From positions 1 to 54,721 of the IMG/VR virus record IMGVR_UViG_3300046010_002013: a stretch of 54,721 bases of DNA; one strand, given 5' to 3'. This document shows positions 19,092-28,340 of this stretch, one piece after another. The stretch is from a virus (Duplodnaviria; Caudoviricetes). Both the position numbers and the translations under genes were made by a program. The notes below the pieces were generated by a model. The model did not search any database and was not told the origin of the DNA. It saw only the letters and a list, made by a program, of their open reading frames with translations. Numbering within the stretch: the first letter of the stretch is position 1; each line of letters begins with the position of its first letter.

Positions 19092-19832
19092 TTATTTAAT
19101 GATTGGTAATAATTTTTCAAGATTTTCGATAGTCATCTCAATATCTTCAGGACATGAATATCTATTTTTTGCAGCAAACGCGGGATTTTCTACAAAGTGA
19201 AGCAATCGCTCACCAGTAGTAACGCCGCGTGATTTCTGAGCATTAAAACCTGCATCAGATTTACGAATAATCACTTTAAATGCAGCAAACGCAAGTACGT
19301 CTGCCCACTCTTGTAACAAGGCGTTACAGCGATTAGGTAACTTGGGTTGATAACGATCGTACGGTTCAGTGCGAGGGTCTTCAAATTTAACAACGGCAGT
19401 ATGAGCAATCAAAACTACATTCATACGGCGTTTTGCACGTAATGCGTCTAAACCTTGTAGTATTTCACGGAACTCTTCAGCAACGTACATTTGACTTTTG
19501 CCGAATGCGAGATCTTTTGCGTCATGACTTGACTCAACACCACGAGTGATTAACGGCTCTACTAACCAGTCTACTGAGTCAATGACGACCGTTTTAAAGT
19601 CGTGATCTTCTTTGATCAAAGTTTTAATACTTTCAACGACGTCTTCTATCGTGTTTGCACGCGGAAAACTGACGACATCAAGTGAGTCTAATCCGTCTTC
19701 TGTACTTATAAAAATAGGATTAGGAAATTTACTCGCTAAAGTAGATTTACCGATACCGTGTCCACCGTATATGCAAATACGAGCGGGGACGTCTTGTTTG
19801 CCTTTTCTGAGCGTTTCTTGCCAATTTGACAT
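19092..19832 (-). CDS. Sak4-like AAA ATPase (recombinase)
   Basis: Walker A YGGHGIGKST, VVIDSVDW, LIAH and AKNR. Confidence 0.85.
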   Translation of the reverse strand: MSNWQETLRKGKQDVPARICIYGGHGIGKSTLASKFPNPIFISTEDGLDSLDVVSFPRANTIEDVVESIKTLIKEDHDFKTVVIDSVDWLVEPLITRGVESSHDAKDLAFGKSQMYVAEEFREILQGLDALRAKRRMNVVLIAHTAVVKFEDPRTEPYDRYQPKLPNRCNALLQEWADVLAFAAFKVIIRKSDAGFNAQKSRGVTTGERLLHFVENPAFAAKNRYSCPEDIEMTIENLEKLLPIIK

Positions 19833-19857
19833 GTTTGTTCTCCTCTAATTGAAGCGG

Positions 19858-20211
19858 TTAGTCGTCCGCTGTTTCATCATTAAAATTACCACTATTAAAC
19901 ATTTCCCAGTGCTGAGGTACATATTGAAACGAATTACGATCCCAACTCAACACATTAATCGTATCATCTAACTCAGTTATAATCGACATGCAAACGCCGC
20001 AAAGCGTAGGATCGCCGATCATCAATAAATAATCTCCTGCTCTCCAGTCTTTCAAAACTCTACGAGCTTTAGAAATCATATTAGGAGTATTGTACGGTTT
20101 CTTCGGGTTTCCGAATACGGCTCTAAGTACTCCGTATCTTTTAGCGTCTGATAGATCTTTGTTGTTATCAACTTGAACTACGAACACTGTTTTTTGATTT
20201 GTATCATTCAT
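19858..20211 (-). CDS. Hypothetical protein
   Basis: 117 aa, overlaps the polymerase stop; DYLLMIGDP motif. Confidence 0.7.
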   Translation of the reverse strand: MNDTNQKTVFVVQVDNNKDLSDAKRYGVLRAVFGNPKKPYNTPNMISKARRVLKDWRAGDYLLMIGDPTLCGVCMSIITELDDTINVLSWDRNSFQYVPQHWEMFNSGNFNDETADD

Positions 20212-22039
20212 TTTTACGTTTCCTAGTTTTCTTAGGTGGAGGAGCTATTAATTGTAATTGCTCTGCTGTTAAATAATTTGAACAACCCACAGCCACCGCT
20301 ATTTTTATCGCCTCTTTAACATACCATTCATAATCTAAATCCTCAGGATGTTTAATTTTATCAAGTAACGTCATACAAGCCTTTGCACCTTCTGTTTTAG
20401 GCACTTTATTACCGTTTGACGCGTATTTTATCGGTTCGTTATCCGTATCTGTAGATTGATACCAACGTACCACTTTACCTAGGTAAACACCGTTTTGCTG
20501 CCCGCCGCCGGTCACGTTACGAGCACTGATGAAATCAGTGAACGGCGCGTTATAAATAGTAGACTCAAAAGATGACCCGTGAGCTAACCATTGACCTACA
20601 GCGTCCGCTGAAACTTGAGCTGTCGGGTTTTTTCTAAGTGATAAGGATGCGTAAATACCTTTAACTTTCAACTGTCTATTTTGCTTGATCGCTATGTAAT
20701 TATTAACGTCTTTCATAGCTAAAGCTCGATAGTAAGTGTACTCAAAGTTAAACTTAGAAATTTTACTAAATTCATCTACTATTTTTTCTACTAACGTTTT
20801 CTGATCTTTTTTAAAGAAGATAGCAATACCGTCAGTATTAGCAGAAAGCGTGACAATTTCTGCTGTTTCAAGCCACTCAATCAACATGAGCAGTGTAAAT
20901 TGCCCTGTCAATGTTACTGCTAGCATCAAATCAGGAGAGTACAACACTGAGTGTTTACTAGCTAGTTTACCGAACGTACCGTTTAACGAAATTTTAAGAG
21001 TAGCGTCCGTCGTTTTATCACCTGATCTTTTAGCTTCAAGACGCTGCTCATAAATTTTACGATACTCATCTACGAACTGTTTACCTAATAACGCAGGGAC
21101 AAATCCGCATTCTAAGATAATACTAGGATAAAAAGAAGCCGCGTCAATGTCACATATGTAATCTTCTCCTGCTATGTGACACACTTTTTTATCGTGAACG
21201 CTATGAACTCCACCTACTCCTAGTTGATAAGAACCCGTACCGAAACTTATAATTTCAGATCCTAAAAACTCAGGTAATTTAACATGACCGGTCACTGGGT
21301 TCATTTCAAAAACATGACTCGCTGTTTTATCTAAAAGCTGTTGAAGTTTAAAAGTTTTAAATTTCAAAAACGAAGGCGGTGTATATTGTATCGTTTCTGG
21401 TATTTTATTCTTAGTATACTTCAAACCCATACTAGTCACGTACGCAGCTTCTGCCATTTGAGCGTCAGATTTACTACGCATATCTACTTTGTACCTACGA
21501 CTCATTTCAACTCTAAGCAACACTTCACTTTCAAGTTGTTTGAGTAATTCTTCAGTCGTGTCAACGTCATTGTGACAATATTCTAATATCTCTGTTTCTT
21601 GATCTTCAGTTATCATGTCAGTATGAGCTATCGGCATGTCTTGTAACTTAGGCATGTGCATTCTTGCGCCATACGCTTTCAAACCGACAAAAGAAGGTGA
21701 CACTTCTATCAAATCTATATTATCTCCCATGACGTCAAATAAATCAAATTTACGCATAGCTTCCCAGTATCTCAAACGATTATTGATCACATCGTCAGCT
21801 ATGCGTTTTATTTCAATTTCAGATCTACCCGCACAAAAGGCAGCTACAATAATGTTATCAAATGATCGACTGTTAAAACCGACTAACGTCTCAGCATTTG
21901 AGTTTATAAATGATTTTAATTTTTCGGGAGCGCCTGTTTCGTGACGCCATAAATCAAACCATTCCCCAGTTTCTATGTTTTTAGCGCAAAACAGAGTCCG
22001 GTTGGGTAACGTCTCCGTATCAAACGCCCACGTACTCAT
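20204..22039 (-). CDS. DNA polymerase family B with a 3'-5' exonuclease domain
   Basis: Exonuclease motifs FDTET, GFNSRSFD and YCHNDV; polymerase motifs DAASFYPSII, KISLNGTFGK and ANTDG. Start coupled to the upstream stop. Confidence 0.9.
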   Translation of the reverse strand: MSTWAFDTETLPNRTLFCAKNIETGEWFDLWRHETGAPEKLKSFINSNAETLVGFNSRSFDNIIVAAFCAGRSEIEIKRIADDVINNRLRYWEAMRKFDLFDVMGDNIDLIEVSPSFVGLKAYGARMHMPKLQDMPIAHTDMITEDQETEILEYCHNDVDTTEELLKQLESEVLLRVEMSRRYKVDMRSKSDAQMAEAAYVTSMGLKYTKNKIPETIQYTPPSFLKFKTFKLQQLLDKTASHVFEMNPVTGHVKLPEFLGSEIISFGTGSYQLGVGGVHSVHDKKVCHIAGEDYICDIDAASFYPSIILECGFVPALLGKQFVDEYRKIYEQRLEAKRSGDKTTDATLKISLNGTFGKLASKHSVLYSPDLMLAVTLTGQFTLLMLIEWLETAEIVTLSANTDGIAIFFKKDQKTLVEKIVDEFSKISKFNFEYTYYRALAMKDVNNYIAIKQNRQLKVKGIYASLSLRKNPTAQVSADAVGQWLAHGSSFESTIYNAPFTDFISARNVTGGGQQNGVYLGKVVRWYQSTDTDNEPIKYASNGNKVPKTEGAKACMTLLDKIKHPEDLDYEWYVKEAIKIAVAVGCSNYLTAEQLQLIAPPPKKTRKRKNE

Positions 22040-22299
22040 CGGTCTTGATCCACGTATCCGCACATATCTACTAACTCATTTTCAACGCGATTTGTTTCTA
22101 TTTCGATGAGTTTTTCAAGATAGTGTATCGCTTTGTTTAAATCTTGAACAGGATTGCCTTTCAAATAACAACGCTCAATATACTTCGTTGCGCAACCCTG
22201 AAAATAATTTAAATTAAGTCGATTAACACGATCCCAATGCTCTTCTCCGCCTCGTTTGTAATGCGTACCGCCGATTTGTTTTTGATTAGCAGCACTCAT
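22036..22299 (-). CDS. DUF3310-like protein
   Basis: QIGGTHY...G.ATKY..R...KG...QDL.KA.HYL signature. Confidence 0.8.
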   Translation of the reverse strand: MSAANQKQIGGTHYKRGGEEHWDRVNRLNLNYFQGCATKYIERCYLKGNPVQDLNKAIHYLEKLIEIETNRVENELVDMCGYVDQDR

Positions 22300-22784
22300 G
22301 CTCCGTACTCCTTAATTAAGTTAAAAATCTGCCGTTCTCTACCGTCTAATGACATTTCTTCAGCATAGCTAATGTATCGGTCAAATATAGAGCGCATACG
22401 TTTATTACCTAGTGAAAGTTCACGTGCGCAAAACAAAGCGCCTTGAGCTATATCAGACAATTTTAAAACACGTTTGTCTTCAGCTGACAATTTAGGCATA
22501 TAAATACCGACATTACTCATGAGACGTTCTTCTAACTCATCAACTCTTCCTCCGATACCGAACTCTCTTTTTGCAGGAGAAGGTATGTCACCGGTTTGAT
22601 GCTCTGCAAGGTCATGACAAAGTGCCGCAAATAAAAGGTCACGATCAGCGTCTGGTTTGAAAATCAAACAAAGCATAGCCACGCCGTGTGAATGATGACC
22701 GACAGTTTCAGAAATTAAAGTAGTGACGGTGTGATAACGCTTTACTTCAGCACCTGCGATGATAAAATCTAGTGTTTCTTTCAT
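22296..22784 (-). CDS. HD-domain nucleotide phosphohydrolase (YfbR/DatZ-like)
   Basis: VKRY, ETVGHHS, CHDLAE..TGDIPSP.K and LSD motifs. Confidence 0.85.
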   Translation of the reverse strand: MKETLDFIIAGAEVKRYHTVTTLISETVGHHSHGVAMLCLIFKPDADRDLLFAALCHDLAEHQTGDIPSPAKREFGIGGRVDELEERLMSNVGIYMPKLSAEDKRVLKLSDIAQGALFCARELSLGNKRMRSIFDRYISYAEEMSLDGRERQIFNLIKEYGA

Positions 22785-22815
22785 AAAGTTCTCCAGTTAG
22801 TAGTTATGTTTAAAA

Positions 22816-22844
22816 ATTATAGTCATGTTTTTACGTAAAAGCAA
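22816..22844 (-). promoter_or_regulatory. Sigma70-like promoter for the HD-DUF3310-polymerase genes
   Basis: Minus strand TTGCTT-17 nt-TATAAT. Confidence 0.7.
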
Positions 22845-22845
22845 A

Positions 22846-23898
22846 TTATTTTCTATCATATGTCGAACTCAAAATAGAATTTACTTTATTCATTTCAACG
22901 CTGTTTTCTAATATACGTTGTTTTTTATCTCGACGATCTATCCACTCAAAAGCAGCACGTCTCCAATCATCTGCTTGTATCTTTGCCGCGTAGCATTTAC
23001 CGTCTCCCACGCCTGTTTTTCTCATTTTACTGATCATAGCTAACGGATGAGCAACTTGCCAGAAAAATGGGTTTGCATACCGAATACGCTCATTAAACGG
23101 GTCTTGACAAAACAGTTCACACTCAAATAAAAACAATTTGTATTCACTATTGAGCAGTATCGGCTTCGGTCTGACGACACCGGTAAGGTAATAGTCATAT
23201 TCTTTTGCGTTCGGCGGTACAGATAAATAATTACCGATGTCGTAAAGCTCAGTGTAAAGGTGTAAATTGTTAGACATTTGACGATAAACACCGACATGCA
23301 TACTCAAAGCAGCTGCTACAAACTCTTGAAGAAAGCTGAAATGAACAGCATTAGCACCATAAGCTCCCCACCAAATGTCGTTACTACGGTTGAAAACCGT
23401 CATATTTAATCTGTTATTGTGGATATCAAATACGATTTGAGTGTTACACGCTTTGTCTTTTGTCTTTTTGTGTAAATCGTCTGAGTCCCACATTTGAATA
23501 ACGGCTTGACGACTGTTGGGTTCACGACGTAGCAACTTTATCACTTCATCAATTTGATCGAATCCAAAGTGTTTACGCCATCGATACCCATAAGCAGCGT
23601 TGAACACTTTTGTGTCATCAGAAAAATCAGCCATTCTTTTATTAAATTGCTGTAAAAATGAAACATCATTACGACCGGCAAGCATCCATATCGACTCCAT
23701 CAAATGGAATATAGGGTTGGCGTCTCTTTTCTTGTCAAATAAAACGCGCTCACAAGGATAACGATACGTCGTCAACACGGTTTCAGGAAACACTAACGCC
23801 GGTCCGTTACGAGTGTCTTCCGGTTTTAAATTAAGCGTTTTGAGATTCCAAAATATCTCACTAAATGCTTGATTAACATTACGAACGTTAATTTCCAT
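22846..23898 (-). CDS. Thymidylate synthase-family dUMP hydroxymethylase
   Basis: TRNG, RDANPIFHLMESIWMLAGRND, catalytic KACN, and NRSNDIWWGAYGANAVHF (Asn at the dUMP-specificity site); lies beside 5-hmdU kinase genes. Confidence 0.85.
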   Translation of the reverse strand: MEINVRNVNQAFSEIFWNLKTLNLKPEDTRNGPALVFPETVLTTYRYPCERVLFDKKRDANPIFHLMESIWMLAGRNDVSFLQQFNKRMADFSDDTKVFNAAYGYRWRKHFGFDQIDEVIKLLRREPNSRQAVIQMWDSDDLHKKTKDKACNTQIVFDIHNNRLNMTVFNRSNDIWWGAYGANAVHFSFLQEFVAAALSMHVGVYRQMSNNLHLYTELYDIGNYLSVPPNAKEYDYYLTGVVRPKPILLNSEYKLFLFECELFCQDPFNERIRYANPFFWQVAHPLAMISKMRKTGVGDGKCYAAKIQADDWRRAAFEWIDRRDKKQRILENSVEMNKVNSILSSTYDRK

Positions 23899-23900
23899 AA

Positions 23901-24818
23901 TTAAAACTCCGTTTCTGGTCTGTATTGTGTTTTTGGTTTACCTTCATTTAAAACTGTTCGACAGTATTTACTGTACTCACACATGCAGTTTTGAACATCG
24001 TGAAGCGTCATGTCATCTATTTCTAAAACATCAAGTATTAATTTAAATATTTGACGTAGTTTTAGATTAAACTCTTCTTGAGTCCAACCAGCGGTCGGTG
24101 CTCTGTTAAACAAATAATTTAAACCGCGTGAACTTCCAGGACCTATCGGAGCGTACGTAAATAGATCATCAGCAAAACATAAATGCTTCGTTGAGTATGT
24201 CAAATCAGCAGCAACTTGACCGGCTATAAATGTACTTATACCGAAGCATCTACTCATAGCGTTCACAAACCGTTCAATCGTAAGACCGTCACCTTGCAGT
24301 GTTTTTTGAATATCATCTGCTTTTAAAACAGCGTCACCGAGTATATATTTTGCCACGGCTCTTGACTTATTGCCTCCTGGCTCCATCTTTGTCGGATAAA
24401 GCATGTACGCGCCGGAATACACTTTGCTGCCGGTTTCTTTTAAAGACTCTAATACTGACTCAAAAAGCTCTGCATCAAACTCAGAAGGCGAACACGGAAT
24501 AACGCTATTTTCCCAAAGAGCCGCGATAGTAGGTGGCCAGTTAATAAGTCTAACGATCAGAAGGGTAAACCACAAATCTGCTCGATCTTCATAAACATCA
24601 ATTATGTTTTCTATGATCCACTTAGAAACACGGTCATCACTACGATGAATGTTAGTAAATTTATATTTATCTAATACGACGTCAGCAGTCCAAGGATGTT
24701 CATACCCGTTTTCACGGGCGATACGTATAGCTTCTCTTTCCCAGATAAAATACAACAACCCTTCAAGAGATCGAACAGTTTCCGGCGTTGGGCGCGGGTA
24801 TGGGCATTCATCTATCAT
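23901..24818 (-). CDS. 5-hmdU DNA kinase helical domain protein (aGPT-Pplase1-like)
   Basis: ERE.IR......PWT.D.VL..YKFTNIHR.DDRVS, IGPGSSRG and QNCMCEYSKY motifs. Confidence 0.85.
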   Translation of the reverse strand: MIDECPYPRPTPETVRSLEGLLYFIWEREAIRIARENGYEHPWTADVVLDKYKFTNIHRSDDRVSKWIIENIIDVYEDRADLWFTLLIVRLINWPPTIAALWENSVIPCSPSEFDAELFESVLESLKETGSKVYSGAYMLYPTKMEPGGNKSRAVAKYILGDAVLKADDIQKTLQGDGLTIERFVNAMSRCFGISTFIAGQVAADLTYSTKHLCFADDLFTYAPIGPGSSRGLNYLFNRAPTAGWTQEEFNLKLRQIFKLILDVLEIDDMTLHDVQNCMCEYSKYCRTVLNEGKPKTQYRPETEF

Positions 24819-25392
24819 TTTCGTATTCTCTAATTATTTTAAGTAAAAGTTCATGAGTGTTTGTGTGATCTATAAGACGCACATCATACCCACCGGCGTT
24901 TTTTAAATTTTTATAACAGTTAACGACAGAGTCAAATTTATCAATCAAATTTTTAGGGTTAAACTCTTTGTCATTACCGGCAGCTAATCGTCTAGATCTA
25001 ACGCGCTCAATACAAAGTTCCTTAGGGGTGTCTAAAAAAGCGTAAACGTCACACTCAGTAGGATGAATCGTTTGTGTCACTTGACCGGCTAAGCCACTCG
25101 CAGAAACTAAAGCACCTTCGTAAATCACATGACCGTACTGATGCGCTCTCATTATTCTATCTGCTATTTCTGCTTGCGTGTTTATAGAGTCAGTACCGCC
25201 GCAAACATTGTCGTATTTACCGATAACGTAAAGTGGAACAAATATACCTGCTTCTGATAAATCTAATCTATAACCGGCTATTTTGTTATTTGTTTTTAAC
25301 ACTTCACTCGGATACGTGTTTATAAACTGACGCACTGCTGTCGTTTTACCAGAACCGAAAGTGCCAGCAACTCGCAATATAATTTGCTTCAT
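24808..25392 (-). CDS. P-loop kinase, putative 5-hmdU DNA kinase catalytic subunit
   Basis: Walker A GTFGSGKTT, GKYDNVCGGTD, YEG, FLDTP...C..RV..RR. Confidence 0.8.
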   Translation of the reverse strand: MKQIILRVAGTFGSGKTTAVRQFINTYPSEVLKTNNKIAGYRLDLSEAGIFVPLYVIGKYDNVCGGTDSINTQAEIADRIMRAHQYGHVIYEGALVSASGLAGQVTQTIHPTECDVYAFLDTPKELCIERVRSRRLAAGNDKEFNPKNLIDKFDSVVNCYKNLKNAGGYDVRLIDHTNTHELLLKIIREYENDR

Positions 25393-26393
25393 ATAAAATA
25401 CTCCGCTCTGTAAGGAACGCCGGTCTTCGTGAAAAACGCAGCTTTCTGATTTAAATTTAATTTGTCTTTACTACATTCTGAGCGTAACCACTCTGGTAAA
25501 TGATCTTCTCTTATCTTTTTGAAAATAGAAGTACAAGAACTCAAACTACGTGAGTCATACCATTCAATACGATCCTGAGCCATGTCGGCGTACACTCCTG
25601 GATATCTTCTACCGTAAAAATGATTTTTAAACGTGCAGAGATTAGACTCTAAAGTAAACCTACCGACATTTTTAACAGTAGGATTAGCTTCGCTAAAATC
25701 ATTTATAAAGTCATCGGCTTCAGATGCTAACCAACTGCACATCTTATTGAAATTTTCATAATTACCGTCATGACTATTAGGTTGGCGTTTGTCCCAGACT
25801 AAATGATCTTGACCGGTCAACAATAGCATACCATTACGATGTGACTTACTACCAGATTTATCTTCAAATAACAGGTCATCACAGTCAGTACCGAAACCGT
25901 TTAAATACACGTACTCTAAATAACTGAAAGAAGAAAGCCTTCCGAAGCTCTTATAACCAGTACTAACCAGTTTCCAAAGTTCTGCATACGATTTACCGGT
26001 CAGCATTTTCTCTTGAGTACCGTGTTCTTCAACGAGCTTCGCATAAGACTTTATAGCGGCTAAAGTGTCTTTCTTTTGATACCGGCGATCAGTGTCAAAT
26101 TGAAGGTCATCCCAGTTCTCATTAAAGAACTTTTCAAAGCTCATCAAACGAGATCCCGCAGGAGGAACATTAGGAAGCATTCCCCAAAGCCGTAATGAAG
26201 TTATAGGGTTTTGTGTCATACCGTTCAAAAAAGCAAACCAGAGCTTTTGTTCATTATCCCATTTAAATATACGCGCTAACTCAGGCATGTAAAGATAAAC
26301 GAGTCCAGGCATGACATCATTGTCTAAATTCATTTTATAGAGCTTGTCAAAATACATCATACGATTTTCAGGTAGTCTGAAATCATCCATCAC
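25389..26393 (-). CDS. Amino acid:DNA transferase (aGPT-Pplase2-like)
   Basis: LWFAFL.G, DTDRRY, FGRLSSFSYLE, SHRNG and ESNLCTFK...RRYPGVY motifs; cluster context. Confidence 0.8.
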   Translation of the reverse strand: MMDDFRLPENRMMYFDKLYKMNLDNDVMPGLVYLYMPELARIFKWDNEQKLWFAFLNGMTQNPITSLRLWGMLPNVPPAGSRLMSFEKFFNENWDDLQFDTDRRYQKKDTLAAIKSYAKLVEEHGTQEKMLTGKSYAELWKLVSTGYKSFGRLSSFSYLEYVYLNGFGTDCDDLLFEDKSGSKSHRNGMLLLTGQDHLVWDKRQPNSHDGNYENFNKMCSWLASEADDFINDFSEANPTVKNVGRFTLESNLCTFKNHFYGRRYPGVYADMAQDRIEWYDSRSLSSCTSIFKKIREDHLPEWLRSECSKDKLNLNQKAAFFTKTGVPYRAEYFI

Positions 26394-26577
26394 ATTCTCC
26401 TATTTCAATTAAACCTTCAGGAGTGTTTTCTCCTGATAAAAACCAAATACCGTGATCACCTTTAAAAAACCAAATAGGAACTCCCATAACTTCAATTTGT
26501 TTGAACCAAACCACGTCATCAGCATCTGACGAGTTTCCTTTGTAATGTGTAGCGCTCATAGGAACTTCAGATTTCAT
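26383..26577 (-). CDS. Hypothetical protein inside the modification cluster
   Basis: 64-aa ORF tightly packed between the PLP enzyme and the transferase. Confidence 0.6.
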   Translation of the reverse strand: MKSEVPMSATHYKGNSSDADDVVWFKQIEVMGVPIWFFKGDHGIWFLSGENTPEGLIEIGECDG

Positions 26578-26579
26578 AT

Positions 26580-27533
26580 TTATTTTCTCGTATAAAAAGG
26601 TTCAATAACTTTCATTTGAGGAGCAGAACCGACAATCCAAAAACCTAAGTTACCGCTGTCAGTTATCTGGTTAGTACCTTTAAGCCAGCGCCACATTTTT
26701 GCTTCATACGTCGGATGAAAATTGATACCGTCAAATGATTCACCGTTAAAATGATCGCTATACTTACTGTAACCGGTGTCATGAAGACTGTAATGATCCC
26801 ATTTGAACGGCAGCTTGTTTAGGTCAACACCAATGTAGTTCAACCGCTCTCTCATCCAGTCACGCTTGTCAGGACCGATACCGACTGTAAATAACTCTTG
26901 AACGTTTTTAGGGTCTCTGATCAACCCTATCATGATACTGGTGAGTGAGTTACAAGACCCTGCGGGTACAATCAACTTCATCACTTCATCAGGTATATTA
27001 GAAATCTGATGAGCGCCTACTTCATGAAATTTACGTACATCTTCTTCTGGGTATCGATCATGAGGAACAGTTATACCGTACTCAACGACTAGCGAACTGT
27101 CCTTAGTTAAATCAGCAACTTTACGCTGCAAGATTGGGTTGTACGGACCAGAAGCGTATTCAAACTCAGCTCCGAAACCGTGCGCTATACGCGGGTTATC
27201 GTGTCTCAACACGGTGTCCGGTTTACTGTAAACGATTTGACGAGCAGGTAAATCATAATGTGAACCTACGATCGCACTCATACTCAACTGAGGAGACTGT
27301 ATGCTTGCTCCGGTCACGATGTGATTTTTACCAGTTTTAAATCTATTAACGTACCAGATCAACTGTCGCATTTTACTACCGTTCGGACCGCCGTAACCGA
27401 GCGGCGCAAAGTAGTCTTCACGTTTGAACCAAACGCCGTTATGATTTTCCCACGGCGTGTAATCAGCTAAATGTTCTTCCCAGCGTACTTTAGTTCTATC
27501 AAGTGAATGAACATCAAAAATTGAACCACTCAT
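26580..27533 (-). CDS. PLP-dependent fold-type II enzyme, putative decarboxylase of amino acid-modified DNA
   Basis: TP...WFKRED...GGPNGSKMRQ with the Schiff-base Lys, VPAGSCNS loop and HPTYEAK. Confidence 0.8.
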   Translation of the reverse strand: MSGSIFDVHSLDRTKVRWEEHLADYTPWENHNGVWFKREDYFAPLGYGGPNGSKMRQLIWYVNRFKTGKNHIVTGASIQSPQLSMSAIVGSHYDLPARQIVYSKPDTVLRHDNPRIAHGFGAEFEYASGPYNPILQRKVADLTKDSSLVVEYGITVPHDRYPEEDVRKFHEVGAHQISNIPDEVMKLIVPAGSCNSLTSIMIGLIRDPKNVQELFTVGIGPDKRDWMRERLNYIGVDLNKLPFKWDHYSLHDTGYSKYSDHFNGESFDGINFHPTYEAKMWRWLKGTNQITDSGNLGFWIVGSAPQMKVIEPFYTRK

Positions 27534-27670
27534 ATCATTCCCCAACCAATCATAATAACTCCCCAAGCTAACCTAGCCAGCAACCCAACGAACCAGAAAA
27601 ACATCAAGAACACCGCAACTATTCTCACACCGTCCCAAAGATCTTTAAACCACTCAAGTATTTCTTTCAT
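27530..27670 (-). CDS. Small membrane protein (46 aa, not in the ORF track)
   Basis: MKEILEWFKDLWDGVRIVAVFLMFFWFVGLLARLAWGVIMIGWGMI; ATGA overlaps at both ends. Confidence 0.65.
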   Translation of the reverse strand: MKEILEWFKDLWDGVRIVAVFLMFFWFVGLLARLAWGVIMIGWGMI

Positions 27671-27906
27671 TTTACACCTACTTGTAAGTCACCCTTCGCA
27701 CTTCTCTCCATTTCATACACAGTGAAAATTTTACCTTCACTGATAATGAACTCACCGATGTTGGTTTTCACTACTTCTTTATAATTAGCGTGTGAGTAAT
27801 TAACCCAAAAACCGACAAGCACAGCGCCTAAAACAAAACCAATAGCAAAAGCTAAGTATTCTGAACTCGTCATAACCACTTTATTTTTCAACAGATCAAG
27901 GCTCAT
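27667..27906 (-). CDS. Small membrane protein
   Basis: One hydrophobic helix, YLAFAIGFVLGAVLVGFWV. Confidence 0.65.
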   Translation of the reverse strand: MSLDLLKNKVVMTSSEYLAFAIGFVLGAVLVGFWVNYSHANYKEVVKTNIGEFIISEGKIFTVYEMERSAKGDLQVGVK

Positions 27907-27915
27907 CTTTATCTC

Positions 27916-28329
27916 CTAAACATTAACTAACATAAATTTACGATCATTTATTTCAATAACAGCTTGCTCACCTTCTTTTGCAGCGGCGTAGAGTTGAGCT
28001 GTCAAACGATCCTGCTGCGCACTGGTCATCCAGTCTTTGTGTTCACACCACATACGGTATGCATTTTTCCAAGTATCCTTAGTGTTAAGACAAATGATAG
28101 TGCGATCTAACTTTAATGACTCCTTCATAGCAGGTCTGATAGAATCATTATTAGGTTTTTCTACTGATTGAGTAGAAGGTTGTTTTGACATCAAATTTTT
28201 AAAAGTTTCTATGCAGCGGCGTTCGGCTGTTTTACGATCACTAAACCTTTTAATAGGTGTCTCATTATTACGATTGTAAAATGCGATCAGCTGCGGGGTA
28301 GTCATACTAGCAAAGCTCAATTCGTTCAT
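27916..28329 (-). CDS. Hypothetical early protein
   Basis: AGGAG Shine-Dalgarno; L.AFYN......IKRFSDRKTAERR motif. Confidence 0.7.
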   Translation of the reverse strand: MNELSFASMTTPQLIAFYNRNNETPIKRFSDRKTAERRCIETFKNLMSKQPSTQSVEKPNNDSIRPAMKESLKLDRTIICLNTKDTWKNAYRMWCEHKDWMTSAQQDRLTAQLYAAAKEGEQAVIEINDRKFMLVNV

Positions 28330-28340
28330 TTCGTTCTCCT

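Noticed and set aside
22296-22784. 2-aminoadenine (dZ) system suggested by the DatZ-like HD protein
   Set aside because: There is no PurZ/PurA homologue; the neighbouring genes point to thymidine modification.
22846-23898. Ordinary ThyA or T4-type dCMP hydroxymethylase
   Set aside because: Asn at the specificity position favours dUMP, the motifs diverge from ThyA, no glucosyltransferase is seen, and 5-hmdU kinase genes are adjacent.
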